DNA of 64,000 bases, taken from the NCBI GenBank assembly GCA_963769025.1, contig CAVYKI010000002.1, positions 32,001 to 96,000 on the forward strand, read 5' to 3'. Each line of letters starts with the position of its first letter. Position 1 is the first letter of the stretch. A model generated the notes under the pieces. That model was given only the letters and a program-made list of their open reading frames with translations, ran no database searches and was not told the origin of the DNA. The DNA comes from an uncultured Verrucomicrobiae bacterium (GTDB lineage Bacteria > Verrucomicrobiota > Verrucomicrobiia > Chthoniobacterales > Chthoniobacteraceae). Below, one piece after another: positions 55,964-64,000 of this stretch. The position numbers and the translations under genes were made by a program.

Positions 55964-56114
55964 CTCGCGTCCATGTTCCGCCACCGCGGCGGGAGCGTCG
56001 AGGTCTCAGTCGGGGCTTCGGGATTCCGGCAGTAGAGCGACTGTGGCCGCAACTCGCTCGTTCCCGTCCGGAATCCAGCTTGATGCGCTTCATTCCCGGT
56101 GCGACCACGGTCCG

Positions 56115-57179
56115 ATGCACGAGTCTTCCCCAGACCGCCCCTGCCCGCCGTCCCCGAATCCCATCGAGCCGCCTCCGCGGAGCGCTGTGAACCGCCGCGA
56201 AGCGCTGCGCACCGCTTTCGTCGCAGCCGCCGGTGCAGCCGCGATCGGGACATCGCACGCCCAGCCAGTTTCCACGGGCAAGCCTGATGCGCGGCGCGGC
56301 GCGCTGAGACGCTACGACATGAAAAAGTCGATCAACCTCTGGGCGTTCCCGTATCCGGAGCGCATGACGCTCGAGGAATGCCTCCGGCTCGCGAAGGACG
56401 CGGGCTTTGACGGCATCGAGCTCAACTACGACCTCGACAACGATCTCTCGCCGAAATCCGGAACCGCCGAGTATCACGCGATTCGGCGGATGGCGGACAA
56501 GATCGGGATCGAGATCAGCGGCCTTTGTTCGTTCCTGTTCTGGCCGTATCCGCTCACGAGCAACGACGCCGCGAAGCGCGCGCGCGGCATCGAACTCGCC
56601 GGCAAGATCGCGCAGGCCGCCCACGATCTCGGTGTCGAGAATGTGCTCGTCGTCCCCGGAGCCGTGCACATCCCGTGGCGCACCGATCACGAGCCGGTCC
56701 CGAACGACGTGTGCGACCGGCGCGCCCGCGAAGCCGTTGCGCAGCTCGTGAAACAGGCCGCGAAACTGAAGGTGTGCCTGAACATCGAGAACATCTTCTT
56801 CAACGGCTATCTCATGACGCCGATGGAGATGAACGCGTTCGTGGATCACTTTGGCAGCGAGCACGTCCGCGTGCATTTCGACACGGGCAATATCTCGATG
56901 TTCCAGTTTCCGGATCACTGGGTGCCGATCCTCGGCAAGCGGACGAAGAACGTGCATCTCAAGGAATTCACGAAGAAGGGCACCGACTTCTCGCTGGAGA
57001 CTTTTCGTCCGCTGCTCGATGGCACCACCAACTGGCCGGCCGTCACCGAGGCGCTCGATCAGACCGGCTACCGCGGCTTTCTCACCTTCGAATATTTCCA
57101 TCCATACCCGCACTACCCCGAGGCGCTGATCTACCAGACCAGCGATTCGCTCGACCGCATCCTCGGGCGCAAGTCGTGA
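56115..57179 (+). CDS. Tat-signal sugar-phosphate isomerase/epimerase (AP-endonuclease-2 TIM barrel)
   Basis: NRREAL, AGFDGIEL, IENI, FDTGN, VHLKE, LTFE. Confidence 0.88.
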   Translation: MHESSPDRPCPPSPNPIEPPPRSAVNRREALRTAFVAAAGAAAIGTSHAQPVSTGKPDARRGALRRYDMKKSINLWAFPYPERMTLEECLRLAKDAGFDGIELNYDLDNDLSPKSGTAEYHAIRRMADKIGIEISGLCSFLFWPYPLTSNDAAKRARGIELAGKIAQAAHDLGVENVLVVPGAVHIPWRTDHEPVPNDVCDRRAREAVAQLVKQAAKLKVCLNIENIFFNGYLMTPMEMNAFVDHFGSEHVRVHFDTGNISMFQFPDHWVPILGKRTKNVHLKEFTKKGTDFSLETFRPLLDGTTNWPAVTEALDQTGYRGFLTFEYFHPYPHYPEALIYQTSDSLDRILGRKS

Positions 57180-57258
57180 GGCAGGAGCAGACGAGGCAGC
57201 ACGGGTCCGGTGAGCGGAACCTTGAAGTCAGCACGCGACGGCTTAGGTTTTCACAGAC

Positions 57259-57495
57259 ATGGCACCTCAAATCGTCATCGAATACTGCGCTGTTTGAAAT
57301 TATGAGCCGAAAGCCGTCAGTTTGGCGGAGCGACTCGGGCAGTTCAAAGAGCGGCTGGGCGGAATTAAACTGCTTCCGTCGAGCGGCGGCGTGTTCGAGA
57401 TCAGTGTCGGCGGAGAGAAAATCTACTCGAAACGCGAGACGGGAGAGTTCCCCGACTTCGACGCCATCGTCGCTGCGGTCAAAGCGAAGCTCTAG
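57259..57495 (+). CDS. Rdx-family (SelW/SelT/SelH-like) selenoprotein, U13 at TGA 57295-57297
   Basis: MAPQIVIEYCAVUNYEPKAVSLA...PSSGGVFEISVGGEKIYSKRETGEFPD shows the YCxxU and G-x-FE-I Rdx motifs. Lies directly upstream of selC. Absent from the ORF track. Confidence 0.92.
57306..57326 (+). promoter_or_regulatory. Putative bacterial SECIS
   Basis: GCC-GA-AAGC-CGTCA-GTTT-GGC; the loop starts at +18 after UGA. Confidence 0.5.
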
Positions 57496-57536
57496 CGCCG
57501 CGGAGTCGGCGGCAGGGGAGTCGGTCCATTTTCCAC

Positions 57537-57633
57537 GGAGAGTGAAGGGTGCCTGGTGGCCCTCGCGGTCTTCAAAACCGTTGTCGGTCCGTTCTGCGGG
57601 CCGAGGTGGGTTCGATTCCTACCCTCTCCGCCA
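57537..57633 (+). tRNA. selC: tRNA-Sec (anticodon UCA)
   Basis: GCGGT-CTTCAAA-ACCGT anticodon arm (TCA at 57572-57574), long D stem with TGGT loop, long variable arm, GTGGG-TTCGATT-CCTAC T arm, GCCA end. Lies 12 nt upstream of selA. Confidence 0.96.
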
Positions 57634-57645
57634 CTCGCCACGCGC

Positions 57646-59001
57646 ATGAGCGGAAACACAAAGCTCCGCGCCATCCCGTCGATCGAGAAGCTCGTGCAGG
57701 CGCTCGGCCCGCTCGATGTACCGCGGCCTCTGGCAGTCGCTGCCGCGCGGAGGGAAGTCGCGGCACTGCGCAAGGAAAAGGAGGTGCCGGATTTTGCAGA
57801 CGTGGTGCAGCGGCTGGCGGCGGCTGTGGAAAGTCTGCGCCGGTCGCGGATCCAGCCGGTGATCAATGGCACGGGCATCCTCCTTCACACGAATTTCGGC
57901 CGCGCGCCGCTCGGCCCGGCGGTGGTCGCGGCAATCTCGGCGGTCGCGGCTGACTACAACAATCTCGAATACGACACCGCCACGGGCGCGCGCGGCGATC
58001 GCGCGGCGTACCTGGAGCAATGCCTCGCGGCGCTCTGCGGCGCGGAGGCGGCGACAGTGGTAAACAACTGCGCGGCGGCGCTGGTGCTGGCGCTGCGGCA
58101 TTTCACGAAGAAGAAGCCCGAGGTGATCATCTCGCGCGGTGAATTGATCCAGATCGGCGGCGGCTTCCGCATCCCGGAAATCCTCGAGGCGAGCGGTGCG
58201 CGCTTGCGCGAGATTGGCACGACGAACAAAACGACGCTGGCGGACTACCAAAAGGCGATCGGCCCGGAGACCGGGATGATTTTGAAAGTCCACCGGAGCA
58301 ATTTTTTCATGGGCGGATTCGTAGAGGCGCCCGATTCCGACGGGATTGCCGCGCTGGCGAAGAAGCGGCGTGTTCCTTTCGTCGAGGATCTCGGCAGCGG
58401 CGCGATTGCCGCGACGGAGAAGCTGGCACCAATCGCGCACGAGGCGACCCCCTTGGAAGTGCTCAGGCACGGCGCGGATCTGGTGATGTTCAGCGGCGAC
58501 AAGCTGCTCGGCGGGCCGCAGGCGGGCATCCTTGCCGGTCGCGCGCGACATATCGCGGCGCTGAAACGCGAGCCATTCTATCGCGCGCTGCGCTGCGACA
58601 AGCTCATCCTCACGGCGCTGCAAACGACCGCGGAACTGTATCTCACCGGCGCTCACGACGCGATGCCGATGCTCGCGATGCTGCGCGTTTCCAATGACGA
58701 CCTTCGCGCGCGTGGCGAAAGACTCGTCGCGGCACTCGCAGGCCTGCCGCTCTCGGCGCGCGTCGGCGAAGGCATGGCGCAGGTCGGTGGCGGCACCCTG
58801 CCGCAGGCGGAGATTCCGTCCGTCACGCTCGATCTCGCACCTGCGAAGATGCCGCTCGATGAATTTGCCGCGCGCCTCCGCGCAGGCGCGCCGCCGGTCA
58901 TAGGCTACATCTCGGGACGGCGGCTGAAGCTCGACCTGCGCACGATTTTCCCGCGGCACGATCCGACGCTCGTCGAGGCCATCCGCAAGGCATCCGCGTG
59001 A
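57646..59001 (+). CDS. selA: L-seryl-tRNA(Sec) selenium transferase
   Basis: VINGTGILLHTNFGRAPL, VNNCAAA, SRGELIQIGGGFRIP, EIGTTNKT, EDLGSG, FSGDKLLGGPQAG. Confidence 0.97.
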   Translation: MSGNTKLRAIPSIEKLVQALGPLDVPRPLAVAAARREVAALRKEKEVPDFADVVQRLAAAVESLRRSRIQPVINGTGILLHTNFGRAPLGPAVVAAISAVAADYNNLEYDTATGARGDRAAYLEQCLAALCGAEAATVVNNCAAALVLALRHFTKKKPEVIISRGELIQIGGGFRIPEILEASGARLREIGTTNKTTLADYQKAIGPETGMILKVHRSNFFMGGFVEAPDSDGIAALAKKRRVPFVEDLGSGAIAATEKLAPIAHEATPLEVLRHGADLVMFSGDKLLGGPQAGILAGRARHIAALKREPFYRALRCDKLILTALQTTAELYLTGAHDAMPMLAMLRVSNDDLRARGERLVAALAGLPLSARVGEGMAQVGGGTLPQAEIPSVTLDLAPAKMPLDEFAARLRAGAPPVIGYISGRRLKLDLRTIFPRHDPTLVEAIRKASA

Positions 59002-60923
59002 TGGAGGTGCGGCACTTCATCGTCGCCACCGCGGGTCACGTCGATCACGGCAAGAGCGCGCTGGTCACGGCGCTCACCGGGGTGGATCCGGACCGGTTGC
59101 CGGAGGAAAAGGCGCGCGGCATCACGATCGAACTCGGCTTCGGACATCTTCGGCTTGGCGACTTCGAGATCGGGATTATTGACGTGCCGGGGCACGAGGA
59201 TTTCGTGAAGAACATGGTCGCGGGCATGGGCGCGGTGGATGCCGCTCTTTTTGTCGTGGCGGCTGACGATGGGTGGATGCCGCAGACGGAGGAACATCTG
59301 CACATCCTCGGCTACCAGGGCGTGCGGCACGCGGTCGTCGCGCTGACGAAGATCGATCTTTGCGCGGATGAGAAGACGGCCATCGCCGCCATCCGGGAAA
59401 GGCTGCGCGGCACGCCCTTCTCCACCGCGCCGATCGTGCCGACCTCCATCGTCACGGGGCGGGGGATTGACGAGTTAAAGGGCGCACTCGCGAACGTGCT
59501 TTCACACACGCCTCCGTCGCGCGACATCGGCAAGCCGCGCCTTTCCGTGGACCGGGCGTTCACGTTGCGCGGGATCGGCACCGTGGTGACGGGCACGCTG
59601 AGCGGCGGCGAACTGAAACGCGGACAGGCCGTCGTCATCCAGCCTGTGGGCCTGAAGGCGCGCATCCGCGGAATCCAGAGCCACAGCCGCGAAGTCGAGA
59701 CCGCCGGGCCGGGGACGCGCACTGCGCTCAACCTTTCCGACATCGCGCTCGCCGCGCATGGCCAGCAGGGCGTCGAGCGGGGCAATGTGATTACGCTCGA
59801 AGCGCTCGGTGCGCCGGTCGCGCGGATGGATGCGGTCCTCTCGCGTTCTGCTCGCTGCGAGACCGGCAAGGGCAAGCCTGCGCTGAAAAATGGCGCTCGC
59901 GTCCGCGTCCATCACGGGAGCGGCAATGTGGCGGCACGCGTCGCGTTGTTCCGCGTGCCGGCCGTGGCGCCGGGCGGGAATGTGCTTGCGCGGCTGAAGC
60001 TCGAGCAGCCGTGGTTTGTGTGCGAGGGCGATCGTTTCATCCTGCGCGACTGGTCGGAGACCGTGACGCTCGCGGGGGGGATCGTTCTGGAGACTGCTGC
60101 GCCGGTCCGCTTCCACGCGCCGCCGCACCAGCGATTGCTGGCGCAGCGCGCGGCGGCGCCGGCGGATGTGGAGGTGTTTGTCGCCACGCAGGTCGAGCGG
60201 GATGGAATGGTGCGTGCCGCTTCGCTCCTTGCGGACTCGATCTTCAGCGCGCGTGAAATCGCCGCCGCCGCGGCACGCCTCGTGGAAGGCGGGCGGGCGA
60301 TCCAAGCCGGGGAATTCATCGCGTACGGGGATTGGTGGAAGGCCGTGGTCAAGCGCGCCGCGGACGCGATCGACGCCTGCCATGCTGAGCATCCTGAGCA
60401 CGCGGGGCTGCCGGTGAACGAACTCCGCACATTGCTCAAACGCGAACTTCCGGAGTCCGGCACGTTCGATGCCTTCGTGCGCGATCTCTGCCGCGCCGGC
60501 TTTTCGCAGAGCGGCCCCACGATTGCCCGCGCGTCGCACCGCGCGTCGCTCCCGCCGCATCTCGAGTCGGCAGGCGCGCGCATCCGTGCCGCGCTCGCCG
60601 TCAAGCCATTCGACCCGCCGCCGCGCCGCGAACTGGCCACGGATTCGCTGTCGCAGCAGGCGTTCCGTTTTCTGCTGGAGAAAGGCGAGGTCATCGAGTT
60701 GCCCGGCGAGGTCATTCTCACGAGCGCGGGTTTTGCGCGGATCAAGGAAGTGATCGCACAGTTCATCCGGAAGAACGGCCCCGCGACGGTGAGCCAGTTG
60801 CGCCAGGAACTCGGGACCACGCGCCGCGTGATGATGCCCGTGCTCGAGCGTCTCGACCGTGAGGGTTTCACCGTGCGAGCAGGCGACCTGCGATCGCTGA
60901 AGGCTGCGAAACCGACGGCATAG
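58998..60923 (+). CDS. selB: Selenocysteine-specific elongation factor
   Basis: TAGHVDHGKS, EEKARGITIELGF, DVPGHEDF, MPQTEEH, and a C-terminal winged helix ELGTTRR..PVLERLDREGFTVRAGDLR. Confidence 0.96.
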   Translation: MMEVRHFIVATAGHVDHGKSALVTALTGVDPDRLPEEKARGITIELGFGHLRLGDFEIGIIDVPGHEDFVKNMVAGMGAVDAALFVVAADDGWMPQTEEHLHILGYQGVRHAVVALTKIDLCADEKTAIAAIRERLRGTPFSTAPIVPTSIVTGRGIDELKGALANVLSHTPPSRDIGKPRLSVDRAFTLRGIGTVVTGTLSGGELKRGQAVVIQPVGLKARIRGIQSHSREVETAGPGTRTALNLSDIALAAHGQQGVERGNVITLEALGAPVARMDAVLSRSARCETGKGKPALKNGARVRVHHGSGNVAARVALFRVPAVAPGGNVLARLKLEQPWFVCEGDRFILRDWSETVTLAGGIVLETAAPVRFHAPPHQRLLAQRAAAPADVEVFVATQVERDGMVRAASLLADSIFSAREIAAAAARLVEGGRAIQAGEFIAYGDWWKAVVKRAADAIDACHAEHPEHAGLPVNELRTLLKRELPESGTFDAFVRDLCRAGFSQSGPTIARASHRASLPPHLESAGARIRAALAVKPFDPPPRRELATDSLSQQAFRFLLEKGEVIELPGEVILTSAGFARIKEVIAQFIRKNGPATVSQLRQELGTTRRVMMPVLERLDREGFTVRAGDLRSLKAAKPTA

Positions 60924-60975
60924 TCGCGCCGTTCGCCGCCTTGACGGCAGCCGGCTTCTGGCGTTGCCTTGACTC

Positions 60976-61632
60976 ATGAAAGCGTTCCTCCCTCTCGCTC
61001 TCGCCGCGGTTTTTGTCGCCGCTGCTTTTCCCGCTTCTGCGCAGCAACGGCCGAGGAAGGGCGACCTTCGCATGCCGGACACCGTGCGCGTGGGCGACGC
61101 GGCACCGGACTTCAAACTGAAAACACTCGATGGTTCGCGTGAAGTGCAGCTCTCCAGCTTCCGCGGCAAGCGGCCGGTGGTCCTTGTCTTCGGGAGTTAC
61201 ACCTGACCCCCTTTCCGGAGTCAGGTTGGCTCCATCGAGCAGCTCTACGCGGACTACAAGGACAAGGCCGAGTTCTTCATGGTCTATATCAAGGAGGCTC
61301 ATCCCACCGACGGCAGAGTGTCGCCAGGCAATGCGCGCGGCGGGATCTCCATTCCCGATCCGAAGACGTATGCCGAGCGGGCCGATGTCGCGCACAAGGC
61401 ATGCACGGAACTGAAAATCACCCTCCCGTGTCTCGTGGACGGGATGAACGATGCCGCGAACAAGGCCTACGCCGCGTGGCCGGATCGGATCTACGTCGTG
61501 GATGCCACCGGGAAGATCGCGGTGAGAGGCGGGCCGGGGCCGTCCGGTTTTGCGCCTTCGATCACCGAGACGCGGGTGTGGCTCGGCAAGATGTTTGGGC
61601 CGAAAGGCGCGGCGTCTCCCGGTTCCCGCTGA
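60976..61632 (+). CDS. Secreted iodothyronine deiodinase-like (peroxiredoxin-fold) selenoprotein, U77 at TGA 61204-61206
   Basis: Signal peptide, GDAAPDF...RPVVLVFGSYT-TGA-PPFR...FFMVYIKEAHPTDG...LVDGMND...YAAWPDRIY. The ORFs 60976-61206 and 61279-61632 are in the same frame. Confidence 0.93.
61217..61233 (+). promoter_or_regulatory. Putative bacterial SECIS
   Basis: GGAGTC-AGGTT-GGCTCC, beginning 10 nt after UGA. Confidence 0.72.
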
Positions 61633-61649
61633 CGCACTTTCCGCGGCGG

Positions 61650-62714
61650 TCAGTCTTTGCCGGAATAGCGGACCGAGATCACCGAGGGGCCGCTGCGGAC
61701 GATCTTGCCGATAACCGCAGCGCAGGGAGTGAGATGTTTTTTCAAGAGCGCCAGCACGGCGGAGAAATTCTTCTGCGCGACGCAGAGAAGGAGGCCGCCG
61801 CTGGTCTGCGCATCGGTAAGCAGCGAACGGAAACGCTCCGGCGTGCGATCCCAATCGGTGATCGCGTTGGCCGTTTCTTCATTCTGCCTGCTGCCGCCGG
61901 GCACGCATCCTTCGGCGATGAGCGAAAAGATTTCCGCGCTGATCGCCGGGACGGATTCGGCGGTGATCTCCGCACTCACGCCGCTCGCGCGACACATCGA
62001 GGCGAGATGCCCGAGCAGGCCGAAGCCCGTCACATCCACCGCCGCGCGGACGAGTTCCTTTTCCGCAAGCACCGCGCCGCTGGAATTGAGCTGCGACATC
62101 AGCGTGATCACCTTTTTGCCCAGCGCTGCGGAAGCGATCTGCCGTTTGATTCCCGTCGTGGCGATGCCGGTGCCGAGCGGCTTTGTGAGCACGAGCAGAT
62201 CGCCTATGCGGGCGCGGGCATTTGTCAGCATCCGCCTGGGCGAAACGAGCCCGGTGACTGCGAGGCCATAGATCGGCTCGGGATTCCGGATCGTGTGGCC
62301 GCCGACGATCGTGCAGCCCGCCTCGCGTGCCTTCATTGCGCCTCCGCGCAGGATGGCGGCGATGGCATTCGGCGGGACGAGATCCGGCGGGATGCCCATG
62401 ATGTTCAGCGCGGTCAGCGGACGCCCGCCCATCGCATACACATCGGAGAGCGCATTGGCCGCCGCGATTTGCCCGTACTGCCGCGGGTCGTCCACGACGG
62501 GCGTAAAGAAGTCCACCGTCTGCACCAGCGCGATGTCGCGGGTGAGACGCCAGACGCCTGCATCATCGGCCGTGGAGGAGCCGACGAGCAGCCTGGGATC
62601 GTCGATGCGTGGAAGCTGGCGCAAGACTTGCGCCAGGGCCTGTTGGCTCAGCTTGGAAGCTCAACCGGCACAGGACGACAACTCGGTCAGACGGAGAATT
62701 GGTTTGCGGGACAA
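61650..62714 (-). CDS. selD: Selenide, water dikinase (selenophosphate synthetase), Sec form: U18 at TGA 62663-62661
   Basis: TTG start, MSRKPILRLTELSSCAGUASKL, DDAGV, VQTVDFF, AANALSDVYAMGG, GGHT, DVTGFGLLGH, DAQTSGGLL. Confidence 0.96.
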
Positions 62715-62715
62715 A

Positions 62716-62731
62716 TGGATCACCTCCTTTC
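62716..62731 (-). promoter_or_regulatory. Extended Shine-Dalgarno of selD
   Basis: Minus strand GAAAGGAGGTGATCCA-T-TTG is complementary to the conserved 16S rRNA 3' tail (TGGATCACCTCCTTTC). Confidence 0.8.
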
Positions 62732-62830
62732 GATTTCCAAAAGACCGCTGGTCCGCCGAAAGCCAAGGAGAAACCTCGGCCCGGAGAATTCCCGTTTGAC
62801 GGCCCCGTGGGACGAATCGACCGTGGAGCC

Positions 62831-64000
62831 ATGAAAGCAGCCATCGCCCTCACGTTGTTCGCCGCTCTCGCATGGACGCACGCCAACGGCGCGACGCTGA
62901 ACGAGGAATTGTCCGGTTTTTCCAAGCGCTTCGAAGCCGCCCAGCCGTCCGAAAGCCAGCAGGCGATCTGGAAGCTCGACTGGGAGGATCACCTTTCCAC
63001 CGCCCTCGCGCGCGCGAAAACCGAGCGCCGGCCGATCCTTTTCATCCACGTCACCAACATCTCCGGCCCGTCCTACTTCGGTGCCGGGCATTGTTGAGCA
63101 AATGCCGACCACGTGAGAGGCAGTTGCCTCTCCCACAGTGACGCGATCGAGGCACTCAGAGGATTCATTGTCACGTCTTGGAGCGGTCACACCGACATGC
63201 GCGATCCGAAGGACATGCCGCCTGAAGTTGCGCGTGTGCATGCCACGGCCGCGGGCACGCGTGTGAAAGGCAACATCAAGTGCTTCATCCTCGCACCCGA
63301 CGGCGAGGTCGAGGCGGTGTTCAATGCGTTCCCAAACAACGATGTCACCTCCTTCGGCTTCGACGCGGACGAAGCCGGTCGCTACTTTGCGAAGAGCATC
63401 CGGCATTTCTCGAGCGGACTGAAAATCCCCGATCCCGCGAAGAAGGATTCGCGACTTGCGCTGCCGAAGACCCTCCAGGACGGCACGCCGGCAGACGCGC
63501 GGCTCGTGCTTCATGTTTCGCCAAAATCGCAGCCGTCCCAATACCGCGCCGCCGTGGCCGAACCGTTGCGGCTCGGAATCGAGGCCCGTTCCGCGCTGAG
63601 TGGAGGGGGGAAGCCGGTGAAGGAATCGGGCACGGTCGCGGCCAGTTCGCTCGCGACCGTGCTGAAGCTTTTCTACCCGCCGGCGATCATGCAGGAGACC
63701 GGCGAGATCAGCGCGGTCGCAGGGACGCTCAATCTGAGTCCCATCGGCGCCAACAGCGACGGCGCTTGGGCAAAACTCACCGGTTCCGCGACGCTCACGC
63801 TGGACGATGGTGCGGACACGAAGTTCCCCGTGGAAGTGGACGCGCTGGTGCTCACGGATCCGGCCAGCGGCGCGTTCAAATCCGTGCGCGGCATTCTCAA
63901 TGGCGTTTGTCCGAAAGTGGCTGGCAAAAGCGGACCCGGACGGACGCATCAACTGGAAATGACCGGCACTTTCACGAGCCTCGACGCGGATTCGAAGTGA
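62831..64000 (+). CDS. Secreted SelN-like thioredoxin-fold selenoprotein (U89 at TGA 63095-63097)
   Basis: Signal peptide, IWKLDW...ALARAKTERRPILF...GHC-TGA-ANADHVRGSCLSHSDAIEALRGFIVTSWS...CFILAPDG. Single frame from 62831 to the stop at 64000. Divergent from selD. Confidence 0.85.
63098..63127 (+). promoter_or_regulatory. Putative bacterial SECIS
   Basis: GCAA-A-TGCC...(CGTGA)...GGCA-G-TTGC hairpin directly after UGA. Confidence 0.5.

Noticed and set aside
57179..57649. Long plus-strand ORF 56525-57649 and the extended selA start at 57556
   Set aside because: They overlap the Rdx gene and tRNA-Sec. selA more plausibly starts at ATG 57646.
62716..62731. TGGATCACCTCCTTTC as a 16S rRNA 3' end
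   Set aside because: There is no flanking rRNA sequence. It is the reverse complement of the selD Shine-Dalgarno.

Overview
High-GC bacterial window, probably from a PVC-group organism (Verrucomicrobiota-like, inferred from the DUF1501/DUF1553 modules and the protein repertoire). Scattered 1-nt indels look like long-read errors and are densest at about 31.5-40 kb. (1) 1-26 kb is a stress/low-oxygen-type island: PAS-GAF histidine kinase, response regulator, two universal stress proteins, ppsA, P-type ATPase, D-LDH, gpsA, lactate permease, CoA-disulfide reductase-rhodanese, ExoD and two CPA2 antiporters. A persulfide-detox cassette (TSUP, MBL-rhodanese, rhodanese-DUF2892, ArsR) sits between ppsA and a decayed second copy of the ppsA 3' end, and three genes are reduced to remnants. 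(2) 26-57 kb holds secreted hydrolases, two DUF1553/DUF1501 pairs, AraC, pectate lyase, an OsmC/ACAD/PhnD-like/MetE-like operon, a di-heme peroxidase with a YtkA-like partner, a sulfatase and a PHP hydrolase. (3) 57-64 kb carries complete selenocysteine machinery (selC, selA, selB, selD). Five genes in the window that the ORF track splits or misses contain an in-frame UGA at a Cys-equivalent position followed by a SECIS-like hairpin: an Rdx/SelW protein (CxxU), a secreted deiodinase-like protein (SYTUPPF), SelD (CAGU), and two paralogous secreted thioredoxin-fold proteins with an adjacent C-U motif that resemble the catalytic region of eukaryotic selenoprotein N (47639-49235 and 62831-64000). 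These two SelN-like exported selenoproteins are the most interesting signal in the window.
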